From: Dimorphilus gyrociliatus
Taxonomy: Eukaryota > Animalia > Annelida
DNA length: 64,000 nt
Direction: 5' to 3'
Assembly (NCBI GenBank): GCA_904063045.1
Contig: CAJFCJ010000043.1
Span: 65,581 to 129,580, forward strand
Under the pieces are notes generated by a model that was not told the origin of the DNA, ran no database searches, and saw nothing but the letters and a program-made list of their open reading frames with translations. Position numbers and translations under genes: made by a program. Positions 22,743 to 33,800 of this stretch are shown in pieces (position 1 is the stretch's first letter; each line of letters starts with the position of its first letter).

Positions 22743-23915
22743 TCAATGTTGAATATCAAGGTATTGTAACATTTTTAATGAAGAATTCATCTTCAAAACA
22801 TATAAGTTGCTGGTTGTGTTGACAAGAGCTAAATGTATTAAATTTGGAAATAAATTTGTAGAAAATTGAAAATTGTGTTGTACATCTTCAATTCTCAAAA
22901 TTACTAAAGCTACTGATGAAGTTAAAATTGTTATTGGCATTGGGCCTACAATTTCTATTCTTTTCAAATGCTTAAACATTTCTATTGTTTCTTCACTGGT
23001 AACCTTTGATAGATATAGATTGTTCACACCTCTAAAGTTGCAAGTCATGGAATATCTGAAATATATTTTACATTCAGGTATATCAATATCATCATTTTTT
23101 ATTGAGCAAAGACGTTCATCATTCCCTTCTTCGCAGTCTATGATTCCATCACAAACACTTTCCAGTGATATTTATGTTTTTGAACATTTAAAATATCCTT
23201 TTGCAATAAAATTCTCTGGGAGAAAAGATTACAGTAATCAGAAAAGACCAAAGATCTACTCGATGTAGTTTCAATAGAATAAATACCACAATCTTCTTCA
23301 TCATCATCAAGAAAGCAATCCTTAACTCCATTACAAATTTGTTGTATAGAAATACAATAATTGTCTCTATAGCAAAGATATTGTCCATAGGGACAAGATG
23401 ATCTGTTGCAAGGTGAAGTAATAGAAAATAAATTTGTGACACTCTGTCCAAGAGAGTTTTTAGTAAAAAAGCATAAATTATTGTGGTAAAACGTTTTGTT
23501 AAATTCTTCACTATCATCATTGCAGTCACTCTTTCCATCATACTTTAAGGAAAGAGGCTGACATTTCCTTCTTAAAGAGGAGTCACAGTAAAACTGAAGA
23601 TTTGGGTTGCAGCCTAAAAAAAGTAAAATATTTATTTAAATGATGCAATGACTTGGAAGAAATGATGACTTTTGGTGTAATTTTGCATAATGCTTCTTTT
23701 ATGAAAACAGATTTCACCACTTTCATCAAAACAATTCTTTTCATTGTTGCAAACTTGATTGAAATGAATGCATTGACTGTTATGGCAACTTCTAAAAATT
23801 TTTAATTTTTCAGAAATTTCAATTCACTGAATGTTTTATAAAGAATTATTAAGGTATATTTCTTACTGAAAATTTTCTGGACACTTTCTTTGAACTGTAA
23901 ATTAAAAAATGAATA
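22743..23915 (-). pseudogene. LDLa-LRR GPCR pseudogene (LDLa exons plus the start of the LRR)
   Basis: Contains copy 2 of the 630-bp duplication, then a frameshifted KGYFKCSK...VCDGIIDCEEGNDERLC (cf. PKGFFMCSS...ICNGIVECLDGSDELLC at 54377-54700), then an LRR ending LQYLDIQH*. Confidence 0.8.
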
Positions 23916-24329
23916 AATATGTAAATATATAGTAGGTACATCTGAAAAAGATTATGACTATGATAGTATTTAGAGAAATAGTGGTGGATTGTGAAAACAT
24001 TCGATATATTATCTTATAGTCTACTCTAGAGGACAAAGGAAGGGCAGCAGGGGATAGTGTTGAACTATTGCATATATATCATTAAGCTTCAAATTATTTT
24101 TTTAAGGGCTAAATATAAATTTGACTAAAAACAAACTACTTTCTATGAAATTAATATTCAACTAGTTTTTTGTAAAATTCAAAGGTAGTATTTGTTGAGT
24201 TTGTGACGTCCTATTACTAAATCTAAAATTGAAATAAAACTGGGTAAGGTTAAACTCAGGTACAGATTTGCTCCATTTTGTATGTATGCATGTACAGTAC
24301 AGTATATGTTGGCTAAAAATATCATACAT

Positions 24330-24670
24330 TCTGAAATGACTTTTATAGCAAAATCAAAATCATTTTGGTACTACTCCTTTAGGATTTGCCACATCTGAAA
24401 ATATTGAAAAAAATTAGCATTACTTCTGTGTTGGAATCAGAGTAAAATACTTAATCCTATATTTCAAATTTTCCCAATACCTGATAAAGTAACAACATGC
24501 CAAATGGTAGTTACATAAATGTTACAAAATCCTTTGAATTTTCAAGTTACCACCTGAAATACTCTGGTTATTGTCATCTTGCCTATGAATGCAGTCATAA
24601 ACCCTTTCTTGTATACTTTAGATGAGTTTAAAAATCATATAAATGAAAAAACTAAATTAAACAAAAAGGA
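24330..24670 (+). pseudogene. Isolated TM6-TM7 fragment of an LGR-type 7TM domain
   Basis: VILPMNAVINPFLYTLDEFK is the LGR TM7 signature (LP.NS..NP.LY). Upstream ALLLCW is TM6-like, with stops. Confidence 0.65.
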
Positions 24671-25266
24671 AAATGTTAGTGAAATGTGTTTGTTGTACAA
24701 CAAAACATTTACAAGACTTTTATCCTCAAAAGTGTATGGGAAAAAATGTCTCCAGACAAAGTCTTTGTCAAAAAAGCTGTTCTCTGATCACTGGTGTCTG
24801 GGAGATAATATGAAGAAATATCTAAAAGAAAACTTCTATTCTGTTGGAAAATGACTGTTATGGCCAGTCTGGCAATGATTCTTCCCAAACAATTATTGAA
24901 ACAACAGTACTTGAAAATGAGTAATAAAGTCTATATTCAAATGCTATTTTCCAGTAGAATAATAGCTCTAATTAAAACAAATTGCAATTTTGTGAATGGG
25001 ATGGATGATAATTTTCTCTCATTTGATAAGAGAGCGTCAACTCTTTTGAACAAATATAAAACTAACTCTCTGGTTTTTAGTATTTTAAATGTTTATGAAA
25101 TTTCAAAAACTATTATGACAGCAATTTTGTTTTGTCATCAATTTGATATGTTTTGCAATAGGGATATATCATTCAATTCAATATTTAATAATATACAATG
25201 TACTATTCTGCTATTTTCTTCTTTTAAATAGCTATTATTGAGAAGGATAAAATTTTAGTACACTAG

Positions 25267-25460
25267 TGTACTGCTCTATTTATGCATTTGCAAGTTACAA
25301 GAACAGTGGTTCTACTCGAACGAGTAGATGGATGGCTTCGGTGGAGGTTGTTTCAAGGTTATCTTCCCAAGTCCTTGTGTCCAGATAGGAAGATGGTTAG
25401 AATGAAAATAGTGAGGATTTATATACTTCGAGGTTTGCCTCTGATATCCAATCATCACTG
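25267..25460 (-). repeat. Left inverted copy (deletion derivative) of the LTR-like repeat at 29105-29707
   Basis: Its reverse complement matches 29164-29295 and 29362-29500 (agtgatgattggat.tcagaggcaaacct...ccatccatctactc), joined directly to the match with 29643-29707 (gttcgagtagaacca...gagcagtaca). Confidence 0.88.
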
Positions 25461-25614
25461 ATGTTGAAATATTGATAAACAACTGTTGAAACCTTTCACG
25501 TTGCTTAGCGTGTCAAATGAAGTGAAAAGATTATCTATAGAAGGAAATTCTCTCTATCCAGATATATTCGAATCTAAAAAGTCTAACAATTTAAATATCA
25601 GCAAGAAAATCTTA

Positions 25615-28584
25615 TCAGTAGATAATAAGTTTTCTACGGCAAACATGACAAACAATTTTGTCTCTATCACACTTTTTTAAATAAGTCTTTATACATTTAA
25701 TGTGAAATGAATGAGAACATGTCAACTCGACGTAGTGCAAACCATTTTCAGCTCGAGAACAAATAGAACATTTCTGCTTAAAGTCTTCGAATACGTAGAT
25801 AATTCTATTGATCTTGGCTTTAAATATAGAAAATGAATGTTCAAAGTCCATTTTGAAAGTGTTTGAATATTTCTTTTCAAGAATCGTCTTAACTTTTTTG
25901 GATGGTTCGGAATCGTAAGAAATTGATTCATTATTCATTATTTCAATCATTTCGATTTCCGGTAAGCAAAACATGTTATATTGTTGAAAATATTGGTAGA
26001 GTAGTGCCAAATTTTCTTTAATATCTTTTCCAAATAGTATGGAATACGGTATACCGCAGCACAAACAGGAAGAGTCCATTTTATGGAGTTCTTCAAGCAG
26101 ACAACTCATACAAAAAAAATGTTTAAATTTCACTTCGACCGACCGATTCGGTAGAATCTTCTTACCGCAACAACACCGTTTATCCTCAACACCATTACCC
26201 GAATAAATTATTCTTTTAACAAAAACTTTAATATTTTCTTGAGGGAAATGTATACTATGCGCAGAATTATTTTCTATCATTTTCACAAATTCCAACGAAG
26301 GATTTGAAGAGTAATATAATCTTTCTAATTCCGAGATAGGATAACAATTTTCAATTAACACCATTGAATCATTCGATAAGCAATGTAATTTGAATTTTTT
26401 AAATATTTCGTAAAGTAAATATAATCCTTTTGAAAGTTTTGTTGAACAGATGATATCTGGTGGTATTACGCAACAGCAACAGGATCTATAGACGCCGGCT
26501 TCCGGTATCCACGGTAAACATGTTATGCAATAGTAATGGTTGAATGATAATTTAGCAGTTTCACTTGGTTTTAGTAGTTTATTGCAGAGAGTGCAACTGT
26601 TTCCCAGTGAACTAGATAGGTAAACTATCTTATGAATGTTAATAAATCTTTCATTTGGAAAAGAACCAACAGACCAGACCAATTCTGTATTTTCCTCTAA
26701 TCTTGACTTGAATTTATTAACACTGCTTGATTCGTTCAGAACAGAATTTATAAATTCAAGACCTAATTTAGAAGCAACATTTTCCATATGTTTTTCAGGT
26801 AAGTAATACATTTCGTAACGTTTAAATAATCCATACAAATTCTCCAAAATCTTTGAAAGCTTCCTTCTTCCAAAGATGACTTTGAGCGGCAAATTACAAC
26901 AATTACAACTCTCATCTATCTTCTTAGAATCTTCTTTTAAACACGTCAAACAATAGTAATGTTGAATTGCTAATTCAACTGAATGATTTGATTTGATATT
27001 GTTTCTGCATTTTGAACATTTATGACCTTTTGAACTTGTTTGAAGATAGATAAACTTTTTAACTGCAACTGCATATTTGGTTAGACCACTCTCTTCAAGT
27101 GTGACGTTAATCTGCGAATTCATCTCTGATAATATTTTCAACTGTTTAACATCTGTTTTGTGTTGATAACGAAATATTGAATTCAAAAGTTCAGTAGTGA
27201 TTTTGGAAGATATACTTTTTAATTTATTGTTGGGAAGACAAAACATCTTTTGACTATTAAATATAGTCTTCAAGACGAATGTCTTATAATCAATGTCATT
27301 TTCTTTCCGTTTTGAGGTCAAATATACAGCGAGAGTTACGTAGAGATAATGTTCACACGGTAAGAAATTTACTGAAAACTGACTCCATTTACGCTTAGAT
27401 CTTTTAAATTTAATTAGAGCAATAAATATATGTATTGCGTAATTTGCAATTTGAGCCAAAAACAATAGGATTGGATACCAGAAAATTGAATAGAGCAAAC
27501 CGGAAGTAAATATTATAAAGATAATCCAATTTAAAACACCATTAATATATAGGTCTTTATCAGTAAAGAATAGAATATAAATGAGTAATACAAAAATATC
27601 AGTATTAATCCAAATCATCATATCTGAACTATGGGAAAAATTCAAATGATAAGAGCTATTTCGAAATGTTGCCATATAAAATAGACATAGAAATATTATT
27701 AAAAAAGAAATATTTGATGAAAATTTGTCAAGAAAATCCAATTTTGTCATATCTATAAATGATGAATTTAAAATTGATAATAGGCTGAAGAGTAGTATCA
27801 AACAATAAAATGAATGTAACATAGGTTCTCCTTTTATGATGTATTGACTTCCTTCATTTGGAAAATATCTTTGCAGTTCAATCTCATCCAAATTTCCATC
27901 ATTTACATTTATTATTACGTAATCGTAATAAAATGGATTTATTCCTTTAAAATTGAATTTAACTTTCGAAATAGTTTCCTTAGAAATGTAGAATGATTTC
28001 GTACCAGTTTTTTTTAAAATATTAAAAAACTGGTCCTTCGTTCTAAGTTCAGAGTAATTCAATTTGAATAGAATAATATTTAGCCAATGTCTTAATGACA
28101 AAGTTGCATTCTTCATATAAGAATTAACGAATATTGGTCTCTGGCCTGTGAAATTTAAAAACACACCAATTTGCGGTTGTTTCAATTGTATTTTACTGCA
28201 AAAAATCGTATTGTACTCATCGTCTTGGCAATCCGCTTCTCTTAATTTATATTTTTCATTCATATCCATTGATATTAATTCTCTCCATTCATCTTCTAAA
28301 GAATTGTCCAGTTTTTCACCAAATTCAAATTTTACTATAACAATCGATTGGGCTTTTTCTAAAAACTCTTGATATTTCGAGTGGAAAGAATATTTTAAAC
28401 TAATTTTTGAAATGTAATTTTTCAAATCTGTAACAGAAATATCGCCACTGTCTTCTTCTTCTTCGTCAATCATTCCCAAATCTCTTTTAAATATCTTTTC
28501 TCTTGAAATTTTAACAGAACTCATATTAAAATACATTGCTGCTATTGAGTAAATGCCGAAAAATATTACTGCTTTCGTCGCCAT
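25615..28584 (-). CDS. Intronless 989-aa membrane protein: signal/anchor, luminal domain, about 5 TM helices, four tandem ~140-aa units each ending in a RING-like finger (putative E3 ubiquitin ligase)
   Basis: Uninterrupted 2970-bp ORF from AAAATGGCG. The last finger CSIC...CSHSFHIKCI...CHVC is a canonical RING-H2. Three earlier fingers (CSKC..HYYCLTC..CNCC; CTLC..HYYCITC..CCCC; CCCG..HFFCMSC..CLCC) share spacing and flanking motifs (LY..F..Y.MFCLP; K/RIIY). Confidence 0.9.
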   Translation of the reverse strand: MATKAVIFFGIYSIAAMYFNMSSVKISREKIFKRDLGMIDEEEEDSGDISVTDLKNYISKISLKYSFHSKYQEFLEKAQSIVIVKFEFGEKLDNSLEDEWRELISMDMNEKYKLREADCQDDEYNTIFCSKIQLKQPQIGVFLNFTGQRPIFVNSYMKNATLSLRHWLNIILFKLNYSELRTKDQFFNILKKTGTKSFYISKETISKVKFNFKGINPFYYDYVIINVNDGNLDEIELQRYFPNEGSQYIIKGEPMLHSFYCLILLFSLLSILNSSFIDMTKLDFLDKFSSNISFLIIFLCLFYMATFRNSSYHLNFSHSSDMMIWINTDIFVLLIYILFFTDKDLYINGVLNWIIFIIFTSGLLYSIFWYPILLFLAQIANYAIHIFIALIKFKRSKRKWSQFSVNFLPCEHYLYVTLAVYLTSKRKENDIDYKTFVLKTIFNSQKMFCLPNNKLKSISSKITTELLNSIFRYQHKTDVKQLKILSEMNSQINVTLEESGLTKYAVAVKKFIYLQTSSKGHKCSKCRNNIKSNHSVELAIQHYYCLTCLKEDSKKIDESCNCCNLPLKVIFGRRKLSKILENLYGLFKRYEMYYLPEKHMENVASKLGLEFINSVLNESSSVNKFKSRLEENTELVWSVGSFPNERFINIHKIVYLSSSLGNSCTLCNKLLKPSETAKLSFNHYYCITCLPWIPEAGVYRSCCCCVIPPDIICSTKLSKGLYLLYEIFKKFKLHCLSNDSMVLIENCYPISELERLYYSSNPSLEFVKMIENNSAHSIHFPQENIKVFVKRIIYSGNGVEDKRCCCGKKILPNRSVEVKFKHFFCMSCLLEELHKMDSSCLCCGIPYSILFGKDIKENLALLYQYFQQYNMFCLPEIEMIEIMNNESISYDSEPSKKVKTILEKKYSNTFKMDFEHSFSIFKAKINRIIYVFEDFKQKCSICSRAENGLHYVELTCSHSFHIKCIKTYLKKCDRDKIVCHVCRRKLIIY

Positions 28585-29104
28585 TTTTAACGCAGACCGA
28601 AATAGAAAATAGGAAATTAGCCACTGAAGATTTTTAGAACAAATAACCAGTCAAAGTGGTTATAATGTTTTTTTAAAAGAAATAGTGAACTATATGGGAC
28701 AGATGGAGCCACTGTCGAATATCATTTATATCTATTTGAATTGCAGCTAGGCAACATCTATGGCTTTTTCAATGATGGTTAATTCAAATAAATCCATATA
28801 ATCCTTATTTAATTGTTATTTTTTTCTCTATTCAATTAAATTTCAATGCTGATTGGTTAAAAATTATAAACTAGAAACTCTTGTTATTGTACAACTATGG
28901 TTATATTTTACATGCTTATTTATTATTATATATTTATCTATTATTTGATGCAACTTATACATGTACATCTTAAAACCTACACAAGAAAATGCTATAACAT
29001 TGGCCAAACATAAGTCTTATTAGTCAGCTTGAAGGCTCATCTTTAATCACCAATAAAGGTTTGGCCAAGTTATAATTCAATTAACCTTCCTAATTGTTCA
29101 ACCT

Positions 29105-29707
29105 TGTAACATCCTGTTACTAAAGATAAATATGAACTACACATTTTGGCAACTGTAAAGTGATGATTGGATGTCAGAGGCAAACCTCAAAGTCTATAAA
29201 TCCTCATTATTCTCATTTGGCATGCAGCTTCCATCTGGACCCAAGGACCTGGGAAAATCATCTGGAAACAACCTCCACTGGAACCATCCATCTACTCCTC
29301 AACATTGGAAGACGGTTTGGTAATTTGGCAACCTGCTATTACAAACTATTACAACAACTGTAAAGTGATGATTGGATGTCAGAGGCAAACCTAAAAGTCT
29401 ATAAATCCTCTTTATTCTCATTCTGCACATAGCTTCCATCTAGACCCAAGGACTTGAGAAGATAACCTGGAAACAACCTCAACTGGAACCATCCATCTAC
29501 TCCTCAACACTGGAAGACAGTTTGGTAATTTGGCAACCTGCTATTACAAACTATCTACTCTGCTATTAAACTCTCATATTGTTACTTGCTTAAGTATTAT
29601 TATTGCGAATAAACCATTTTATTTTAAACATTTGTTTAAAAGGTTCGAGTAGAACCAGTATTGTTATAACTTACAAATGCATAGATTTTGCCAGCAAGAG
29701 CAGTACA
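29105..29707 (+). mobile_element. LTR-like repeat with an internal 205-bp tandem duplication (29150-29354 / 29355-29553)
   Basis: The tandem duplication is directly visible. The region starts tgtaaca, carries tataaat and aataaa, and has ...aaaca at 29631. No TSD or PBS found, so the LTR call is tentative. Confidence 0.55.
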
Positions 29708-30820
29708 ATGATATTCTCATCAATATTTTGTATATCTTAAAAATTTTGTGTGAAAGTCTCCAGATAAATGGTTGTTGTTTTCAACTGTAGGCATAACTTC
29801 GTCAGCTTTATTCAACAACAAATAAAAAAATAGTTGCTACAGCCATAATGAAATAATTTTTAATATGACTGTTACATTGGAAGGATAGCAATAACATCAA
29901 ACAATTCTAAACATAGATTATAATACATTTTTCCTCACTTATACATACTTTTCAAATGGATATAAAATATAGTTAACAAAGCAGACATAAAATTCAATGA
30001 TCTAGTTATAAAAAAATTAATTAGGTCATACAACTTTTTTCCTAATTAGTCACATTTCATTATGTAATCTATTTGAATCAGTTCTTGGACATATTCAGTT
30101 TGAATAGGAACAAAAAAAAACAAACACAATACAATATTTTTAAGTTTGCATATAAAAAACAAACAAAAAACTCTAAAGTCTTTATTTTAAAAGGCATTCT
30201 TATTAACTTTTAACTGTTGTAATCTTTTTCTCAAAAGTAATCCAAATTCTAGAATATTTCTTCTATCTTGTTTTAATGATGTAACAATATCAAAACTGAA
30301 TGGCTTGAATGAATGCTGAAAATAATTTAGGTTTATTTTGCACAAAAAACAAATATAAAGCAAAAGTTTACTATTTTTAAGAGAACTGCATCAACACTGT
30401 CTTTAAAACATATCTCGTTTTCATGGTATTTCATTAATAGTTTACTTATGTATAGGCTGAATCCTAACAAATTCTCTATGCAATCTAGTTCTCTTCCATA
30501 GTATTTGCATAATGGAAGTTTTTCAAGAAAAATCTGACTTATTTCTTCAGTTTGTTCCATCATACAATGAAATGATTAGTTGATGGTGGTTGTTTAATTT
30601 ATTGAAAACAAACCTGGTACCACTTTCCTTTCAATTAATGCTAATTTCATATTTAATCTAGAAAGAGTACAAATTCATAACAATGATAAAATACAATAGC
30701 ATATTAATGTATCTGCATCTGCAAAATTCTGTGACAGTTCACAAAAAAACTGGCTAACTAATTAGGATAAACTGCCAAAAAATTCTTATCCAGACACTAA
30801 TTTATTATTTAAAATATATT

Positions 30821-33800
30821 CTACCTCCATTTTTGTTTTCTTCTAGAAATAAATGAAATTATTGATATATTTGAATGAAATGGTAAATTTAAAAATGAAA
30901 ATAATAGACAACAAACAACGGAAAATTGTTTATCAATATTTTGAAAAGTTTCAATAAAGTAAAAAGTTATAATAAAGACATGAAAAAAAACTACCATACA
31001 AAAGCTCTTCAATAATTCATAATTTGTTTCATAGTGACTATGATAGCCTTTAGTTGAGCTATTCACAGACTTTAACCTCAGTACTATTTGAAGGCCTAGA
31101 GAAGATATTGTGCAAACTGAACAAGAAAATAGAAACACATAATAAAAGTAATAATCATTATGATAGACATTCAGAGTGATTAAAGGATTGCAGAAAGGAA
31201 ACCAAAAGTAATTATCCTCTTTCTTTATTAAAAAGTAAGAAAAACAATTAAATTCTTTAATGAGATTAGATAACATTCTATTTACATAAAGAATTATAAA
31301 CTTGATTGTAAACCCTAACAAAACAGCCAATGAAAATGACTGGAAGAGAAGAAATTTTTCAATCATTTTCTCTTTTATCACCATTTGCCAAATGATTGAA
31401 AAGAATCTATGAAAAATATTAAAAATTAAAGAGATGTATAAGAAAACTGTAAATGTAAAACAATTCCAAATTGGTGAAAAATCATCTTTTTTGTAAAATT
31501 CATGAACAAAATTTTTCTTTTTAAATAGTCCTATTATTTTGAAAATGTATAAAAGTATAATCAGATCATTGGCAATTGCAAGTGAATATCTTAAATAGAA
31601 TGAAAATTTTGGTATTCTCCTCTCAATTATAAGCAATATGTATAAAAGTAAATATAAGAAAATAATAATTATATAGAATATAAATAATATTGAAACTTGA
31701 TATTCTAAACTTTTTCCATCTTCTTCAGTTAAACATAATTTTAAAATTGTTATGTTGTGTAAACAATTCAATTTTTTAAATTTTTTAAATAATTTCAACT
31801 GGCAACAAATAATATTGTCATCAACATACAATTCTGCCAAGTTTACCAGTTGATTTTTTGTTAGAAAAACTCTCCAATTTTCATTGGCAATAAATGCTTG
31901 GCGAAAATCCAAATATGTTAATAGACCAAAATATTTTGGAAAATGTAAATTTTTAATTTCACTAATTCTATTAAAACTTATATTGAGCTCTATCAGATTG
32001 TTCATATTTTCAAACATGTTAAAATCTATATAAGATAGTAAATTCTTTGAAAAGTCAATATATCTTAAATCTTTTAGAGTAGTTAGAGATTCTTTATTGA
32101 TTTCTCCTATAGAATTTCTTCTTAAAATCAAAGTTTGTAAATGAATTGGAAATGAAATATTTAATGAGCTTTTCTTATTCAATTTATCATATTCAAATTT
32201 GATATCAATCAATTTCAACACAATTAGATTGTTAAACAATTTTAAATAGATATTTTGAAAGTTACTGTCAATTCGTCCATTTTGAATAATTAGACTGGTT
32301 ACTGAATGCATTTTGTGTTGGTGGTTAGAAAATGCAAACTCATTCAAGCGTAGCAGAAATACTGATTTAAATGTTTGAATCTGAGTCAATTCGCTAAATG
32401 AAAATCTGGATTTTCTACAATGAATTTTATGGGAGAAGAGACAATTACAATCTGGTAGGCAGGTAACATTTGAACAATATAGTTCATCAATTCCATTTGG
32501 ACAGTTGTTAATACCATCACAAAGTTCAATGAGGTTGATGAATAATTTCTTTGGTTTACAAGAGAAAAATCCCTTAGGTTTAAAGCTATCTGTTTTGTTG
32601 TACAGCAAGAAGGCTTTAGCAATTTTTTCATTTGCAAAATGAAGGAAGGGAATAGAGTTTAAAATTTGAAACTATCCAAAATGTTATGTTTTTTAAAATA
32701 AAACCAATTCCCTTCCTTCCACACTTAGGCCTTCTATTTCTTACCACAATTCAGTTCATCATCTCCTAGTGGACAGTGTTTTAACTCATCACAAACCAAT
32801 CTGATATCAATGCAATATTGATATTCTTTACATCTGTATTGATTAAATAGACATTTCTTTTGAATATTACAATTTAGATGTCCTTCCTCATGTTTTAAAG
32901 GATAAGATACTAATCTTTCCATACTGTCATATTTTATCTCACATATTTCACTAAAAAATAAAAATCATTTTTGAAAGGATTTATCTTAGTGATAAGAAAA
33001 ATTTTAAACCTATTAATTTTACTAAAATCTTTAATATTCAAATCAATTTTGAATAATTTAAAATCACTAAATGATTCATTTTTGCATATTTGCCTTCTTT
33101 CATCACTGAAATCAATGCAATTTCTTTCATTATCGCAAAATTTCACTTCTGCAATACATTGATAATTTTCACATTGTCTACAAAAAGGGAATATTTTGGA
33201 ATTGTGGAAAAATTTCGGAATTTTTTGAGAAATTTTCAGAATTTATCACACCTTTCACCTTTGCTTTGATTACAAATTGGAAAATCTGGAAAAAATAATT
33301 GATTTTGTTTTGAAAACACTCATTGAGAATTTTTGGAAGAGTTTTACGGCAAAATTCTTCATCCGAATAATCGTTGCAATCATCAATAAAATCACAAACA
33401 AATGTTGAAGAGATGATTAGGGAATTTTTACAAATGAAATAATTAATATTTAAGCAATTTGTCTCATCAGAATTGTCTCCGCAATCATCGATTCCGTTGC
33501 ATATATATCTACTATTGATACAGATTGATAGATCTCTACAAAAGAAGCTATTGCGACTAGTGCATTCCATTATGATATTTAAAATTGGGTCATGTTGAAT
33601 TTTTATAAATTCATTTTCTAAGTGGAAAATTTTTAAGTATATTTTACCAAATATTTTGAATACAAACTGGTATATAATGATTTTTCACAAATAACATAAC
33701 TCATACCCAAAACATTATCACAAGGGCTGACAGTAAAAGTTACTAAATCATTATCACCCTCTTCCAATACCAGGCAGATGTAGTCATCATTGGTAAAATA

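Noticed and set aside
29640-29660. ggttcgag as a tRNA T-loop or primer-binding site
   Set aside because: No cloverleaf, no A-box and no TGG-starting PBS; it is part of the repeat.
30180-30780. ORF 30333..30563 as a separate gene or receptor 5' exon
   Set aside because: No recognisable motif and no convincing spliced continuation.
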